A stretch of DNA of 64,000 nt from an uncultured Phycisphaerales bacterium (GCA_963772725.1 CAVYYI010000005.1:96001-160000), one strand, 5' to 3'. Counted from the stretch's first letter, positions 34,643 to 44,220 are shown. Translations and numbers: made by a program. Notes: generated by a model not told the origin, from the sequence alone.

Positions 34643-34759
34643 TAATTGCACTAAAATAAGCTAAACTGATTTTATAATTATTTTGGCAACATTTGTTTTG
34701 TCTATTATACTCTTGCAGTCGATGCTGCAGTAAAGTTAAGGCAATACCTGCTTATTAGT
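34643..34759. promoter_or_regulatory. LysR upstream block, copy 2 of duplicated regulatory region
   Basis: AAAATAAG.TAAACTGATTTTAT..TTATTTTGGCAACA...TATTATACTCTT...CTTATTAGT shared with 31081-31197. Confidence 0.75.
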
Positions 34760-34769
34760 ATAGTTTATA

Positions 34770-35648
34770 ATGTATTTAGAAACGCTTAAGATATTCTGTG
34801 ATTTGGCAGATTCGATGAGTTTCTCGAAAACAGCGGAGAAGCATCTTTTAAGCCAGTCAGCGATTTCACAACAGCTTGCGCAGCTTGAACTTACGTATAA
34901 ATGCGAGCTTGTAAACCGCAAAAAAAGGCCGATAGAGTTGACCAAGGAGGGGCAGTTATTCTACCTGACCGCCAGAGACATTTTGGACAGATACGAACAG
35001 TTTAAGAACGACTTGAACGCGTTAAAATTTTCCGGCGATACAAGGATAAACGTAGGCGCTATTTTCAGCATCGGAATGCACGCATTGTCGGGATATGTAA
35101 AAAAGTTCATGGTTAAATATCCCAATGTTAATGTCCACGTCGAGTACTTTACGGCGGAAAAAGTTTACGAGCTGGTTTTGGCCGGGGATATAGATATCGG
35201 CCTGGTCGCTGTTCCGCGAAAGGACAAAAGGCTTGAGGTTTATGACTTCGAGGATGAGCCTTTGGTATTGGTATGCAGTCCGAAACATCCCCTGGCAAAT
35301 GAATCCAGCATAGATATTCATAAAGTGCAGCTTGAAAAGTTTATCGCGTTTGAATCCGGAGTTCCGACACGAGTATGGATAGATAACATCCTGCACCGTT
35401 ATAACATAATCGTCCGGCCTGTAATGGAGTTTGACAATGTCGAAATCATCAAAAGGGCGGTCGAAATAAATTCGGGAATAAGCATATTGCCCAAAACTAC
35501 GCTCCTCCAGGAGCTGAACAGCGAGACGTTGAAAGCGATTACATTTTCAAACGAAAACTTTATCAGGCCTACCGGGATAATAGTTCGCAAGAATAAGATT
35601 TTTGGCCAGGCGGGGCGATACTTCATTGAACTTCTCAGAAAAAAGTAA
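34770..35648 (+). CDS. LysR family transcriptional regulator
   Basis: SFSKTAE..LLSQSAISQQL..LE HTH plus substrate-binding domain. Confidence 0.93.
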   Translation: MYLETLKIFCDLADSMSFSKTAEKHLLSQSAISQQLAQLELTYKCELVNRKKRPIELTKEGQLFYLTARDILDRYEQFKNDLNALKFSGDTRINVGAIFSIGMHALSGYVKKFMVKYPNVNVHVEYFTAEKVYELVLAGDIDIGLVAVPRKDKRLEVYDFEDEPLVLVCSPKHPLANESSIDIHKVQLEKFIAFESGVPTRVWIDNILHRYNIIVRPVMEFDNVEIIKRAVEINSGISILPKTTLLQELNSETLKAITFSNENFIRPTGIIVRKNKIFGQAGRYFIELLRKK

Positions 35649-35666
35649 TAACAAGTATATTTTTTA

Positions 35667-36263
35667 ATGTCTATAAAAGCCGTGATATTTGATTTGGATG
35701 GGACGATAACTGCGCCGTATTTCGATTTCGACGCAATTCGCGAGGAAATCGGCGTAGAGAAAAATGCAGGCCCGATACTCGAAATAATGGAGAAGATGTC
35801 GCCCGCTGAACGTCTGCGAGCAGAAAAGATATTATTGAGGCACGAGCAAAACGCCATCGAAGAAGCGACACTCAATCCGAATGCCAAAGAAACCCTGCAC
35901 GCACTTCACAATATGGGTATTTCTGTCGGCATACTTACTCGCAACAGACGGGATAACGCAACGGCTATTGCCGACAAGTTCGGACTTGAATTTGACGCTG
36001 TAGTCGGGCGGGAAGACGGCCCGGTAAAACCGGACGCCTTTGGTGTTCTCAATTTATGCCGAACATTCGGCGTCAATCCTGGCGAAACACTTGTCGTGGG
36101 AGATTATCTCTTCGATTTGCTCTGTGCCAGGGCTGCGGGAGCCGTGGCCGTACTGCTTACCAACCATCCAAAGTTTACAGAATTTACCCAATACGCAGAT
36201 TTCACTATCGAGACTATCGATATGGTCATCAATATTATTAAACAATCTAAAAAACGATTATAA
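35667..36263 (+). CDS. HAD family hydrolase
   Basis: FDLDGT, KPD, VGDY.FD. Confidence 0.9.
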   Translation: MSIKAVIFDLDGTITAPYFDFDAIREEIGVEKNAGPILEIMEKMSPAERLRAEKILLRHEQNAIEEATLNPNAKETLHALHNMGISVGILTRNRRDNATAIADKFGLEFDAVVGREDGPVKPDAFGVLNLCRTFGVNPGETLVVGDYLFDLLCARAAGAVAVLLTNHPKFTEFTQYADFTIETIDMVINIIKQSKKRL

Positions 36264-36270
36264 ATCTTTC

Positions 36271-36612
36271 TTAGCTGCTCTGACCAATAGGGATAGTTAA
36301 AGCGTCAATTTTGGCTGCGAGTATAAAATCATTCTTTGAAAGGCCCCTGATTTTATGCGTAGAAAGTTCCAGCCGCACCTTGTTGTAAAAGATGTGGATG
36401 TCCGGGTGGTGGTCTTCTTCATTAGCGGCTTTAGCGACGCGGTTGACAAAATCCATCGCCTCTTTGAAATCCCTGAACTTAAATTCACGCTCAATAGAGT
36501 TATCCCTGAGCTTCCATTGAGGAATTTCCTGAACCAGGGCCGCGGCGTCCTGATAGGAAAGCGGCAGCGTTCCGCTATGACAAGGCTCGCAGTTTTGCTC
36601 TCGCAGTTTCAT
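36271..36612 (-). CDS. Pterin-4-alpha-carbinolamine dehydratase
   Basis: EDHHPDI, STHKI.GLS.NDFILAAKID. Confidence 0.9.
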   Translation of the reverse strand: MKLREQNCEPCHSGTLPLSYQDAAALVQEIPQWKLRDNSIEREFKFRDFKEAMDFVNRVAKAANEEDHHPDIHIFYNKVRLELSTHKIRGLSKNDFILAAKIDALTIPIGQSS

Positions 36613-36744
36613 AGAACCCCCTTTCAAATTTTTTACGATTTATCAATGTTTATACCTATATACTTTTTGAACTGTTAATCAAGAAAAAAATGAGTAGTAA
36701 AAAATCCGCTCATTATTGCGTGCCTGCTTGGTGTCGCTTATTCT

Positions 36745-37122
36745 ATGGCGTTTTCGGGATTATCGTCACCTCTCAGCAGGACGGTTACAGCCTTAGGTCA
36801 TATGGCGCTGCCGCTTGCGCTGCTTGGGATAGGTGCCGCGATTATGGACGAAAAAGTCGCAGACAAACGCTCTTATGTTCTTACCGCCTCATTCATAAGA
36901 GTGGTAATCGCGCCGCTTATCGGCGTGCTGGCAGCTAAACTTCTCAGTCTCGACGCAGAAGAAACCAGAATTGCTCTGCTCTTTCTTGCCTGCCCCACAG
37001 GTGTTGTTACGCACGTTATGACCGAACAGCTCGGCGGCGACATCGGCCTTTCCGCGGGCATCATCGTCATCAGCACCATACTTTCAATCTTCTCACTCGG
37101 CGCAGTCCTGGCCATTTTCTAA
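36745..37122 (+). pseudogene. 5'-truncated AEC (auxin efflux carrier) family transporter
   Basis: LG.MALPLALL.IG, LACPT, ISTILS; only the C-terminal ~120 aa are present. Confidence 0.7.
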
Positions 37123-37128
37123 CCCAAA

Positions 37129-37195
37129 TTTTTACCGCAGGGGGTGCAGATATTTTTTTTAAATTAAACGCTGATTGCGTTGATTACACTGATTT
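37129..37195. repeat. Left arm of 9-nt-unit palindromic repeat
   Basis: TTTTACCGCAGGGGGTGCAGA...ACGCTGATTGCGTTGATTACACTGATT; ~17/23 to the reverse complement of the IS110-disrupted arm. Confidence 0.55.
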
Positions 37196-37326
37196 AAAGA
37201 TAGTGGAACAAATCTGAATTATTGTAATCTCACGCTGATTTTGTTATTATTGCAAATTGGAAGGTCAGTTCCGCGGTCGGATGTTTAATTAAGTAGCACA
37301 ATTATATTTTGGAAGATAGGCATGGT

Positions 37327-37830
37327 ATGAAAATTCACAGTTTTCTTCGGCAACTGATACCGGTTTGCTTATGCTTAATTATGGCTGCTATTATTGTTTG
37401 GCAATATCGCGTGAGATACAATGTTACAAAGATACCTCTTACAATTACGAAAAACACCGGATTTCTTACGTTCAAGGCGCAGTTAAATGGTAAGGAAATC
37501 CTCATGGTCGTGGACACAGCGGCAAACACGACCACATTCGACAGAGAACTTATTCAAGAGCTGCATTTGAACAAATTGCAGAAAACTGGCATCTCTTTCC
37601 GGAAGGCCATTAATGGTGATCCACTCGAAGCCGCTCATGTGGAGGATTTCAGGATAGGTAATCAGCGTTTATTTGGAGATTTTTCCTTTGTTGATTTTTC
37701 TCCAACGAATCGAGGTTTAGAAACTTCAGGAGAACTGCCGATTCAGGGTCTGCTTGGAGCGGACATCTTGAAAAAGTGGAATGCCGCAATAGACTATAAG
37801 GATTCGTGCCTTATTATTCGGAACCCATGA
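37327..37830 (+). CDS. Retropepsin-like aspartic protease
   Basis: MVVDTAA and GLLGADIL motifs; N-terminal TM. Confidence 0.8.
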   Translation: MKIHSFLRQLIPVCLCLIMAAIIVWQYRVRYNVTKIPLTITKNTGFLTFKAQLNGKEILMVVDTAANTTTFDRELIQELHLNKLQKTGISFRKAINGDPLEAAHVEDFRIGNQRLFGDFSFVDFSPTNRGLETSGELPIQGLLGADILKKWNAAIDYKDSCLIIRNP

Positions 37831-37889
37831 GTTTTGAATTACTGATTAAAAAAAACTCTGCGTTCTCTGCGGCCTTGTATGTTGACAAA

Positions 37890-38110
37890 AGTCATGGTTG
37901 ATAATAGTCTCATAGGTAAAGTTTGTGCTTGCGAGGGGAGCGTAGCGAGCCGAGCAAGCACAAACAGGCGACGAGAGTTCGATTGCGACCGGGTCCTTGA
38001 GGCCGTCGCTGAGCTGGAACCTCGCCGCCGCCGTGGGACTAGCCCGAACAGCCGTTTGAACCGCCGCCGCCCCACACGTATGGCGAGTTCGCATTTGCAA
38101 GTATGGGAGA
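37890..38110 (+). ncRNA. IS110 bridge RNA (approximate ends)
   Basis: Target guides TTGCGACC (37983-37990) and CGCTGAG (38007-38013); donor guides ACAGCCG (38048-38054) and CAAG (38098-38101), set in stem-loops. Confidence 0.8.
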
Positions 38111-38115
38111 AAACC

Positions 38116-39058
38116 ATGTCCGAAAAAGTTTATGTCGGTATCGATGTCGCAAAAGACACATTCCATCTGGCCGCAACTCCAAACATCCTTAAAACCTGCC
38201 TGCCAAACACACCTGAGGGCCATTGTCAACTCTGTCAACTTCTTAAAGAGCACACAATATCGCTTATTGTTCTCGAAGCCACTGGCGGCTACGAACGGCC
38301 AATCGTAGCAGAACTGCTGGCTGCATCGCTGCCTGTTGTCGTTGTCAATCCACGTCAGGTGCGTGACTTTGCCAACGGTATGGGACAATACGCAAAAACA
38401 GACCTTATCGATGCGCAGATATTGGCGCAGTTTGCAAAGGTCGTGCAGCCTGTTCCTAAAACGCATTCCAGACCGCAGAATGCTGAACTAGCAGAACTTG
38501 TCAGACGTCGCCATCAGCTCTGCGACCTGCGAACCCAGGAATCCAATCGTCAGGCAACAATAATGCATCCGAAAGTCAGAAAAAGTATCGCCAAAATGAT
38601 TAAAACCCTCGATTTCCAGATTAACGAAATTGATAAACTCATCCGTGAATACATTGAAGCTGATGACGATTTCAAAAACAAAGATCGTATAATTCAAAGT
38701 ACTGCAGGCGTAGGTCCACAAACCTCTGCCATGCTCATCGCGAACCTACCGGAACTTGGAAAACTTAACCGGCAGGAAATCGCAGCACTGGCGGGTGTAG
38801 CTCCCTGGAATCGTTCTTCGGGAAAATACGATGGCAAAGCACATATCTTCGGTGGCCGAAAAGACGTCCGAAGTGCGCTTTATATGGCCGCCTTCAACGC
38901 CTCTCGTTTTAATCCGGTTATACGAAAAATGGCTGAAAGACTTACGAAAAAAGGCAAAGCCTACAAAGTAGTTTCTTACTGCCTGTATGCGTAAATTGCT
39001 TATTATTTTAAACACTATGATTAGGAATCAAACTCTATGGAATCCAAAAATATCTTAA
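38116..39058 (+). CDS. IS110 DEDD recombinase/transposase (frameshift near 38975)
   Basis: GIDVAK, LEATG, KTDLIDA, G.GP, SSGK, R.ALYMAA. Confidence 0.95.
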
Positions 39059-39264
39059 AAAAATCCTTGAAATCTAACACAGCCGCTCAGCGGTTAAATT
39101 TTATTTGAGAAAATAACTCGTCTGTTGACAAAGAGGTGTTAGTTTTTTAGTATAGTTCGGCGGTTGGATTTATGTGTTATTAAATCCTGCCATTTTTTGT
39201 TTTCACGAATTAATACAGCTTGCCCGGCGGAAATGGTTCTGCTGTTGCGAGGGTTTGGATAAAG

Positions 39265-40050
39265 ATGAAAGTTTTGGCAGTAATACCTGCTCGCTACGCT
39301 TCCACACGATTCGCCGGTAAAGTTCTCGCTAAAGATACCGGTAAGTTCCTTATCCAGCACACTTATGAGCAGGCCTGCCTGGCGAAAATTCCCGACCAGG
39401 TCATAATCGCCGCCGACGATGAAAAAGTCGTTCAGGCCGCAAAAACCTTCGGTGCAAAGTGCGTCCTTACGTCGCCCGAACACAACAGCGGTACAGACCG
39501 CATCGCCGAGGCTGTGGAAAAATTAGCGTACAGCGTACAGCGTACAGCGGGTAGCAAAGGCATAAAACTAAACGCTGACGATATTATTGTGAATCTCCAG
39601 GCCGATGAGCCTGAGATTGACCCGGAAAATATCGATTATCTCGCCGGGCTTCTTGTCGAAAATCCGGATTACCCGATGGCGACCCTCGCCGCGGAATTTC
39701 AAAACGCCGAGCAGATTGCCAACCCCAATATCGTAAAAGTCATAATGGATTGTAACGGCAAAGGAATTTATTTCTCTCGCTCCGTCATTCCTTATGACAG
39801 GGAAAATGCCGGCGTGGGGCCGACAGGGCAATATCTAAGGCATATCGGCATATACGCTTATCGCAAGGATTTTCTGCTCAAAATTACAAAACTGCCGCAG
39901 AGCAGTCTTGAGAAAATTGAAAAACTCGAACAACTGCGTGCGATTGAAAATGGATTTGGGATACTTGTCGGCAAAGTCAAACACACCTGCGACGGCATCG
40001 ACACCCCGGAACAATACGCGGAATTTGTTAAACGATACAAAAACAGATAG
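39265..40050 (+). CDS. kdsB: CMP-Kdo synthetase with ~16-aa in-frame insertion
   Basis: IPARYASTRF.GK, SGTDR, VNLQADEP, HIGIYAYR, EKLEQLR. Confidence 0.95.
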   Translation: MKVLAVIPARYASTRFAGKVLAKDTGKFLIQHTYEQACLAKIPDQVIIAADDEKVVQAAKTFGAKCVLTSPEHNSGTDRIAEAVEKLAYSVQRTAGSKGIKLNADDIIVNLQADEPEIDPENIDYLAGLLVENPDYPMATLAAEFQNAEQIANPNIVKVIMDCNGKGIYFSRSVIPYDRENAGVGPTGQYLRHIGIYAYRKDFLLKITKLPQSSLEKIEKLEQLRAIENGFGILVGKVKHTCDGIDTPEQYAEFVKRYKNR

Positions 40051-40705
40051 CCACAGAGAACACAGAGGTCACAGAGAAATTTTATGAATCTTTTTTTTAA
40101 GTTTCGTCCAATTATAGATAAGATTGTAGAACATTTTATTGGATGTTTAATAAGCGCTTTTTTTGGAATATTCGTTCTTTCGTTTGCTATTTTTTGGAAA
40201 TGGGCAAGAGATGAACATACCCTTGTATTTTACGGATGGGTTTGGCTACTATTTTGTCTCGGTGGTCTTTTTCTGTTTTTTCATTTTGTTTTTATTATAC
40301 TCCAAAGAACTAAGAAAATTAAAGACCCGACCGATATAAGAAATGTTCTCGATAAATGGTGGAGGCATACTGAGGAGCGGTGTTCAGGCCAACAGGAGTT
40401 TACACTGTATTTCTCATCAATTGACAAGACTGAGTGTTTGAGAAAGGGTAGTGCCAAACAATACCTACGAGAGGTTGTTACGAAAGATGGAAAGTGGAGT
40501 GTAGTCAGAGAAGGCCCAGATACTCTATTGGTAAAAGGGTATCCTCCAGAGGTGCAATTATATACGAGTTAGCAAATGAGGTGCGGAAAGTAAGAGGGCA
40601 GAATCAATTATGGCAGGCGGAATTTATGAGTATGGTAATAAAAAAATTAAACAGTGTTAATCCGTGTCAAAAAAATCTCTGTGAACTCTGTGTTCTCTGT
40701 GGCTA
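40048..40705. mobile_element. Inverted-repeat-bracketed cassette between kdsB and pyrG
   Basis: 40048-40077 vs reverse complement of 40676-40705: 29/30 identical; 9-nt CACAGAG units. Confidence 0.8.
40084..40572 (+). CDS. Hypothetical membrane protein (cassette cargo)
   Basis: 162 aa, two TM helices, visibly AT-rich. Confidence 0.7.
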   Translation: MNLFFKFRPIIDKIVEHFIGCLISAFFGIFVLSFAIFWKWARDEHTLVFYGWVWLLFCLGGLFLFFHFVFIILQRTKKIKDPTDIRNVLDKWWRHTEERCSGQQEFTLYFSSIDKTECLRKGSAKQYLREVVTKDGKWSVVREGPDTLLVKGYPPEVQLYTS

Positions 40706-40758
40706 AAATAAAAAAAATTGGTTATCCTCTGTGGCTGATGAATTATAAGGATTGAATT

Positions 40759-42528
40759 ATGGCTAAAAATAAAGATTTACTGGCGGCGGTGAGTGAAACT
40801 TCAACTGAAAGTGAATTCTTTTCGCCGATACCGCAAGGATATAAAAAAGGCAAAACACGTTACGTAATCGTGATGGGAACGGTAATGAGCGGACTGGGTA
40901 AAGGTATCTTTTCCTCATGCCTGGCGAAACTCATACAGGATAAAGGCCTGAAGGTCTCCCCTATCAAACTTGAAGGCTATCTCAATATCGATTCGGGGAC
41001 GCTTAATCCGTTCCGGCACGGCGAGGTGTTCGTCCTCGACGATGGAATGGAATGCGATATGGACCTCGGGACTTATGAAAGAATGCTTGACCAGGATTTA
41101 AGCAAGGCAAACTTCGCTACCAGCGGCCAGATTTTTAACTCCATCCTTTATAAGGAACGCCAGGGCGACTATCTCGGAAGAGACGTCCAGATGATTCCGC
41201 ACGTTACCGGCGAGGTCAAGCTCAAACTTCGCCAGCTCGCAATGGAAGCCGACGCCGATGTTGTATTTGTGGAGATAGGCGGCACGGTAGGCGACCTTGA
41301 AAACGCCTATTACATCGAGGCGATGCGCGAACTGGCCTACGAAGAAGGCCCGAACAGTTGCTGCTTTGTGGCGCTGACCTACATACTCGAACCAAGAATT
41401 CTCGGCGAACAAAAATCAAAGGCAGCCCAGTTAGGCATAAAACAGCTTCTGGAGTGCGGTATTCAGCCTGATATTATCGCCTGCCGGGCAACAAGCGCCG
41501 TTACAGAAAAAGTTCGCCAGAAAATAAGCGTTTACAGCAACGTTCCATTTTCAAGGGTTGTCAGCCTGCCGGATTCAGCCAGCATTTATATGATTCCCGC
41601 GATGCTTCGTGAAGGAGGACTGGATTTTGAAGTCCTGAGGATGCTCAAAATCGAGGACAGAATCAACCTGCGACACGAACGAAAAGCCTGGGAACAATGG
41701 TGCGACTTTACCGACAAAATCGGCGCCGCAAAATATGAAGCGACAATCGGCATCACAGGAAAATATACCTCCGTGCGGGACAGCTACGCCTCGATAATCA
41801 ACGCACTGGAGCACGCCGGCATCGCTTTAAACTGTGATGTCAAAATCAAATGGATTGAGACCACGAACATCACCGATGACAATGTCATTGAACACCTCAG
41901 GGATGTGGATGGAATTATTGTCCCAGGCGGCTTCGGCACAAGAGGCACTGAGGGAAAAATAGCCTGCATAAAATATGCCCGGCAGAATAATCTGCCTTAT
42001 CTGGGATTGTGTTTTGGTTTCCAGATGGCGGTTGTCGAGTTTGCGCGAAATGTCTGCGGCCTAGCCCATGCGAACAGTTCCGAAATTGATTCCGATTGTC
42101 CCGAGGCTGTAATTGACATTTTACCCGAACAGAAAAAAATCGAAGGGCTCGGCGGTAATATGCGTCTCGGCGGCAGAGATATTGAGCTGAAACCACAAAC
42201 CCTCGCCTGGCAACTCTTCGGCAAAACTGATTCTATAAGAATGCGTTTCAGACATCGTTACGAGGTTGACCCGAAATATATCGAACTGCTCGAAAAAAAT
42301 GGCCTGGTATTTTCAGGAAAAGCCCCCAATATGCCGATTATGCAGATTCTCGAAATTCCTCAGCATCCCTTCTTTATGGGTACTCAGGCTCATCCCTGCC
42401 TTACCTCGCGCCCGCTGAAACCTCAGCCTATGTTTGCCGCTCTCGTCGCCGCGGCAATGCAGAAACACTATCCGCAGGAAAAGCTCCCCGATTGTGCAAC
42501 CGCGGTAAGTAAAGTCTGCAAAGGCTGA
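40759..42528 (+). CDS. pyrG: CTP synthase
   Basis: SGLGKG, HGEVFV.DDG.E.DMDLG.YER, PGGFG, GLCFG, RHRYEV. Confidence 0.95.
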   Translation: MAKNKDLLAAVSETSTESEFFSPIPQGYKKGKTRYVIVMGTVMSGLGKGIFSSCLAKLIQDKGLKVSPIKLEGYLNIDSGTLNPFRHGEVFVLDDGMECDMDLGTYERMLDQDLSKANFATSGQIFNSILYKERQGDYLGRDVQMIPHVTGEVKLKLRQLAMEADADVVFVEIGGTVGDLENAYYIEAMRELAYEEGPNSCCFVALTYILEPRILGEQKSKAAQLGIKQLLECGIQPDIIACRATSAVTEKVRQKISVYSNVPFSRVVSLPDSASIYMIPAMLREGGLDFEVLRMLKIEDRINLRHERKAWEQWCDFTDKIGAAKYEATIGITGKYTSVRDSYASIINALEHAGIALNCDVKIKWIETTNITDDNVIEHLRDVDGIIVPGGFGTRGTEGKIACIKYARQNNLPYLGLCFGFQMAVVEFARNVCGLAHANSSEIDSDCPEAVIDILPEQKKIEGLGGNMRLGGRDIELKPQTLAWQLFGKTDSIRMRFRHRYEVDPKYIELLEKNGLVFSGKAPNMPIMQILEIPQHPFFMGTQAHPCLTSRPLKPQPMFAALVAAAMQKHYPQEKLPDCATAVSKVCKG

Positions 42529-42602
42529 TACAAACAGCTATCGCTCCATAAGCTTCCCATTTCCAAAGAAACGGTCAGTTTGAGTCATTAAAGAGGCTTG
42601 GA

Positions 42603-42947
42603 TTACAATTTAGCCTTGAGCTTATTGTTTTCCTCAGTAAGTTTCATGTTCTCTTCGGCGAGCTTCTTGTTTTCTTCTATAATAAACTTTGCCAGGCTGT
42701 CAGCATTCTCTTTATTTTTTACCTCTGAAATTTTCTTTTCCTCGAGACATTTCGCGGTGAGCTGTTTTTGTTTTTCAACCTCAGCCCTGCACTGCTCTAA
42801 TTCTTTTTTTAGCTGTTCGTTCTCGGTTGCTATAAGCCTGCTCTTTTTTGTGTCTGTTGAGGCATTATTCTGGCATCCGGCCATTAACATAGCTGCAAGA
42901 ACGAGACTTATTGATAAAACTGATGTTTTGCGGATTAATCTTCCCAT
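42603..42947 (-). CDS. Hypothetical coiled-coil lipoprotein
   Basis: MAGC lipobox. Confidence 0.7.
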   Translation of the reverse strand: MGRLIRKTSVLSISLVLAAMLMAGCQNNASTDTKKSRLIATENEQLKKELEQCRAEVEKQKQLTAKCLEEKKISEVKNKENADSLAKFIIEENKKLAEENMKLTEENNKLKAKL

Positions 42948-43032
42948 GACTTTGTCCTTTCTGAATTAAACCATTTTTACACGATTTTATTCATAACTAT
43001 ACTGATTAAACGCATGCTGTCAAGATTTAGAA

Positions 43033-43909
43033 TTACTCAAAAAGAATTTTCAGTTTTTCCCTGTCCTTTTTATTTATCCTGTCTTTCGCTGTCCACATTG
43101 CCAGCTCAAGACTCGTGCGACAGTGACAATCGCCACTGCAGACATTTTCTTTGCTGCTTAAAACCGCTTCAATAAGTTTTATCGTGTTGTCCGTGGCTTC
43201 TTTGAGGTTGCCTATTATTTCCCGCAGAAGCGTCTGTTTATCCTTCTCCGCCTCGTGTGGTTTCCAGCAGTCGTAATCGCTCACCAGCGCAATCATCGAG
43301 TAGCACATCTGCGCTTCCCTGGCCAACTTCGCCTCCGGCATTGCCGTCATCCCGATTAGGTCACCACCCCAGAGGCGGTGCATCAGCGATTCAGCCCTGC
43401 TCGAAAATTGCGGCCCTTCCATACAGACATAAGTGCCTTTTTGATGGGTTCGCACGTTGATATTTCCAGCCGCCTGAAATATCATCTTCCTGAGCCTGCC
43501 TGCACGTTGGCTGCGCCATCTCGCAGTGAACCGCCGCCACCCCCGAAAAGAAACTGCTCTGCCGCCTGAAAGTTTTGTCGATAAACTGGTCAACAATTAC
43601 AAGCTCTTTGGGATGTATATCCTCGCGCAGCGAACCGACCGCACCGCTTGCTATTATCGTACGAACGCCCAGCTTTTTCAACGCGAATATATTCGCCGCA
43701 TAAGGTACATCGCTCGGCGAAATTTTATGTCCTCGCCCGTGCCGGTTAATAAACGCGACTCCTTTATTCCCTACCCTGCCCAGCATAATCGCGTCGCTGC
43801 ACTTGCCAAAAGGCGTACTGATATTGCGGCTTTTTGTATCCGCTAATCGCTCCGCCAAAGCATCCCCAAGTCCCGAGCCTCCGATTATACCGATTAACTC
43901 TTCTTTCAT
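43033..43909 (-). CDS. mtnP: S-methyl-5'-thioadenosine phosphorylase (frameshifted)
   Basis: GIIGGSG, RHG, EGPQFSSRAES, GMT.MPEAKLARE, SDYDCW. Confidence 0.92.
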
Positions 43910-44192
43910 ATTAAAATCTTTCAGGTTATATCTCAAAATTCTTACATTTTCACCATAGCCATCGACCAGTTTAAGTTAATATCGTAATGAGTTTGATGAA
44001 AATTTACAATTATTTTGTTCTCATTTTCTCAGCCTAACCAGGAGGCGAAGCAAAGGTTTTCATGGTAGAGTTTAAGGTCATTGATTACTAATCTTGCGGA
44101 AATGCTGTTAAAATAGAACCGTTTTTTATTATAGGTTTTTGAGCCGGTTTTTTGCCAGGCGCATGTATTTTAGCCTGCGGGGTACTGCGATG

Positions 44193-44220
44193 TTGACAAA
44201 GGCATGAAATTATTGATAAT
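44193..44220 (+). promoter_or_regulatory. Possible sigma70 promoter of recA
   Basis: TTGACA-16 nt-GATAAT. Confidence 0.4.

Larger units (their letters stand above)
37874..39087 (+). mobile_element. IS110-family element with CT core at both junctions
   Basis: Left ...GCGGC-CT-TGTAT; right ACAGCCG-CT-CAGCGG; removing the element restores a repeat arm. Confidence 0.9.

Noticed and set aside
37241..37300. Similarity to 49711-49770 upstream of another accessory gene
   Set aside because: Only short patches match (TATTATT, GGAAGG, TTTAAT); not distinguishable from chance by eye.
37879..38115. 79-aa N-terminal extension of the IS110 transposase
   Set aside because: The DEDD domain starts at ATG 38116 after a GGAGA SD; the upstream region is better explained as bridge RNA.
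37846..38466. 206-aa minus-strand ORF in IS110
   Set aside because: Antisense to the transposase and bridge RNA; no motifs.
40048..40705. Integron attC cassettes
   Set aside because: Arms flank both sides of the gene as inverted repeats, lack RYYYAAC/GTTRRRY ends, and no integrase is present.
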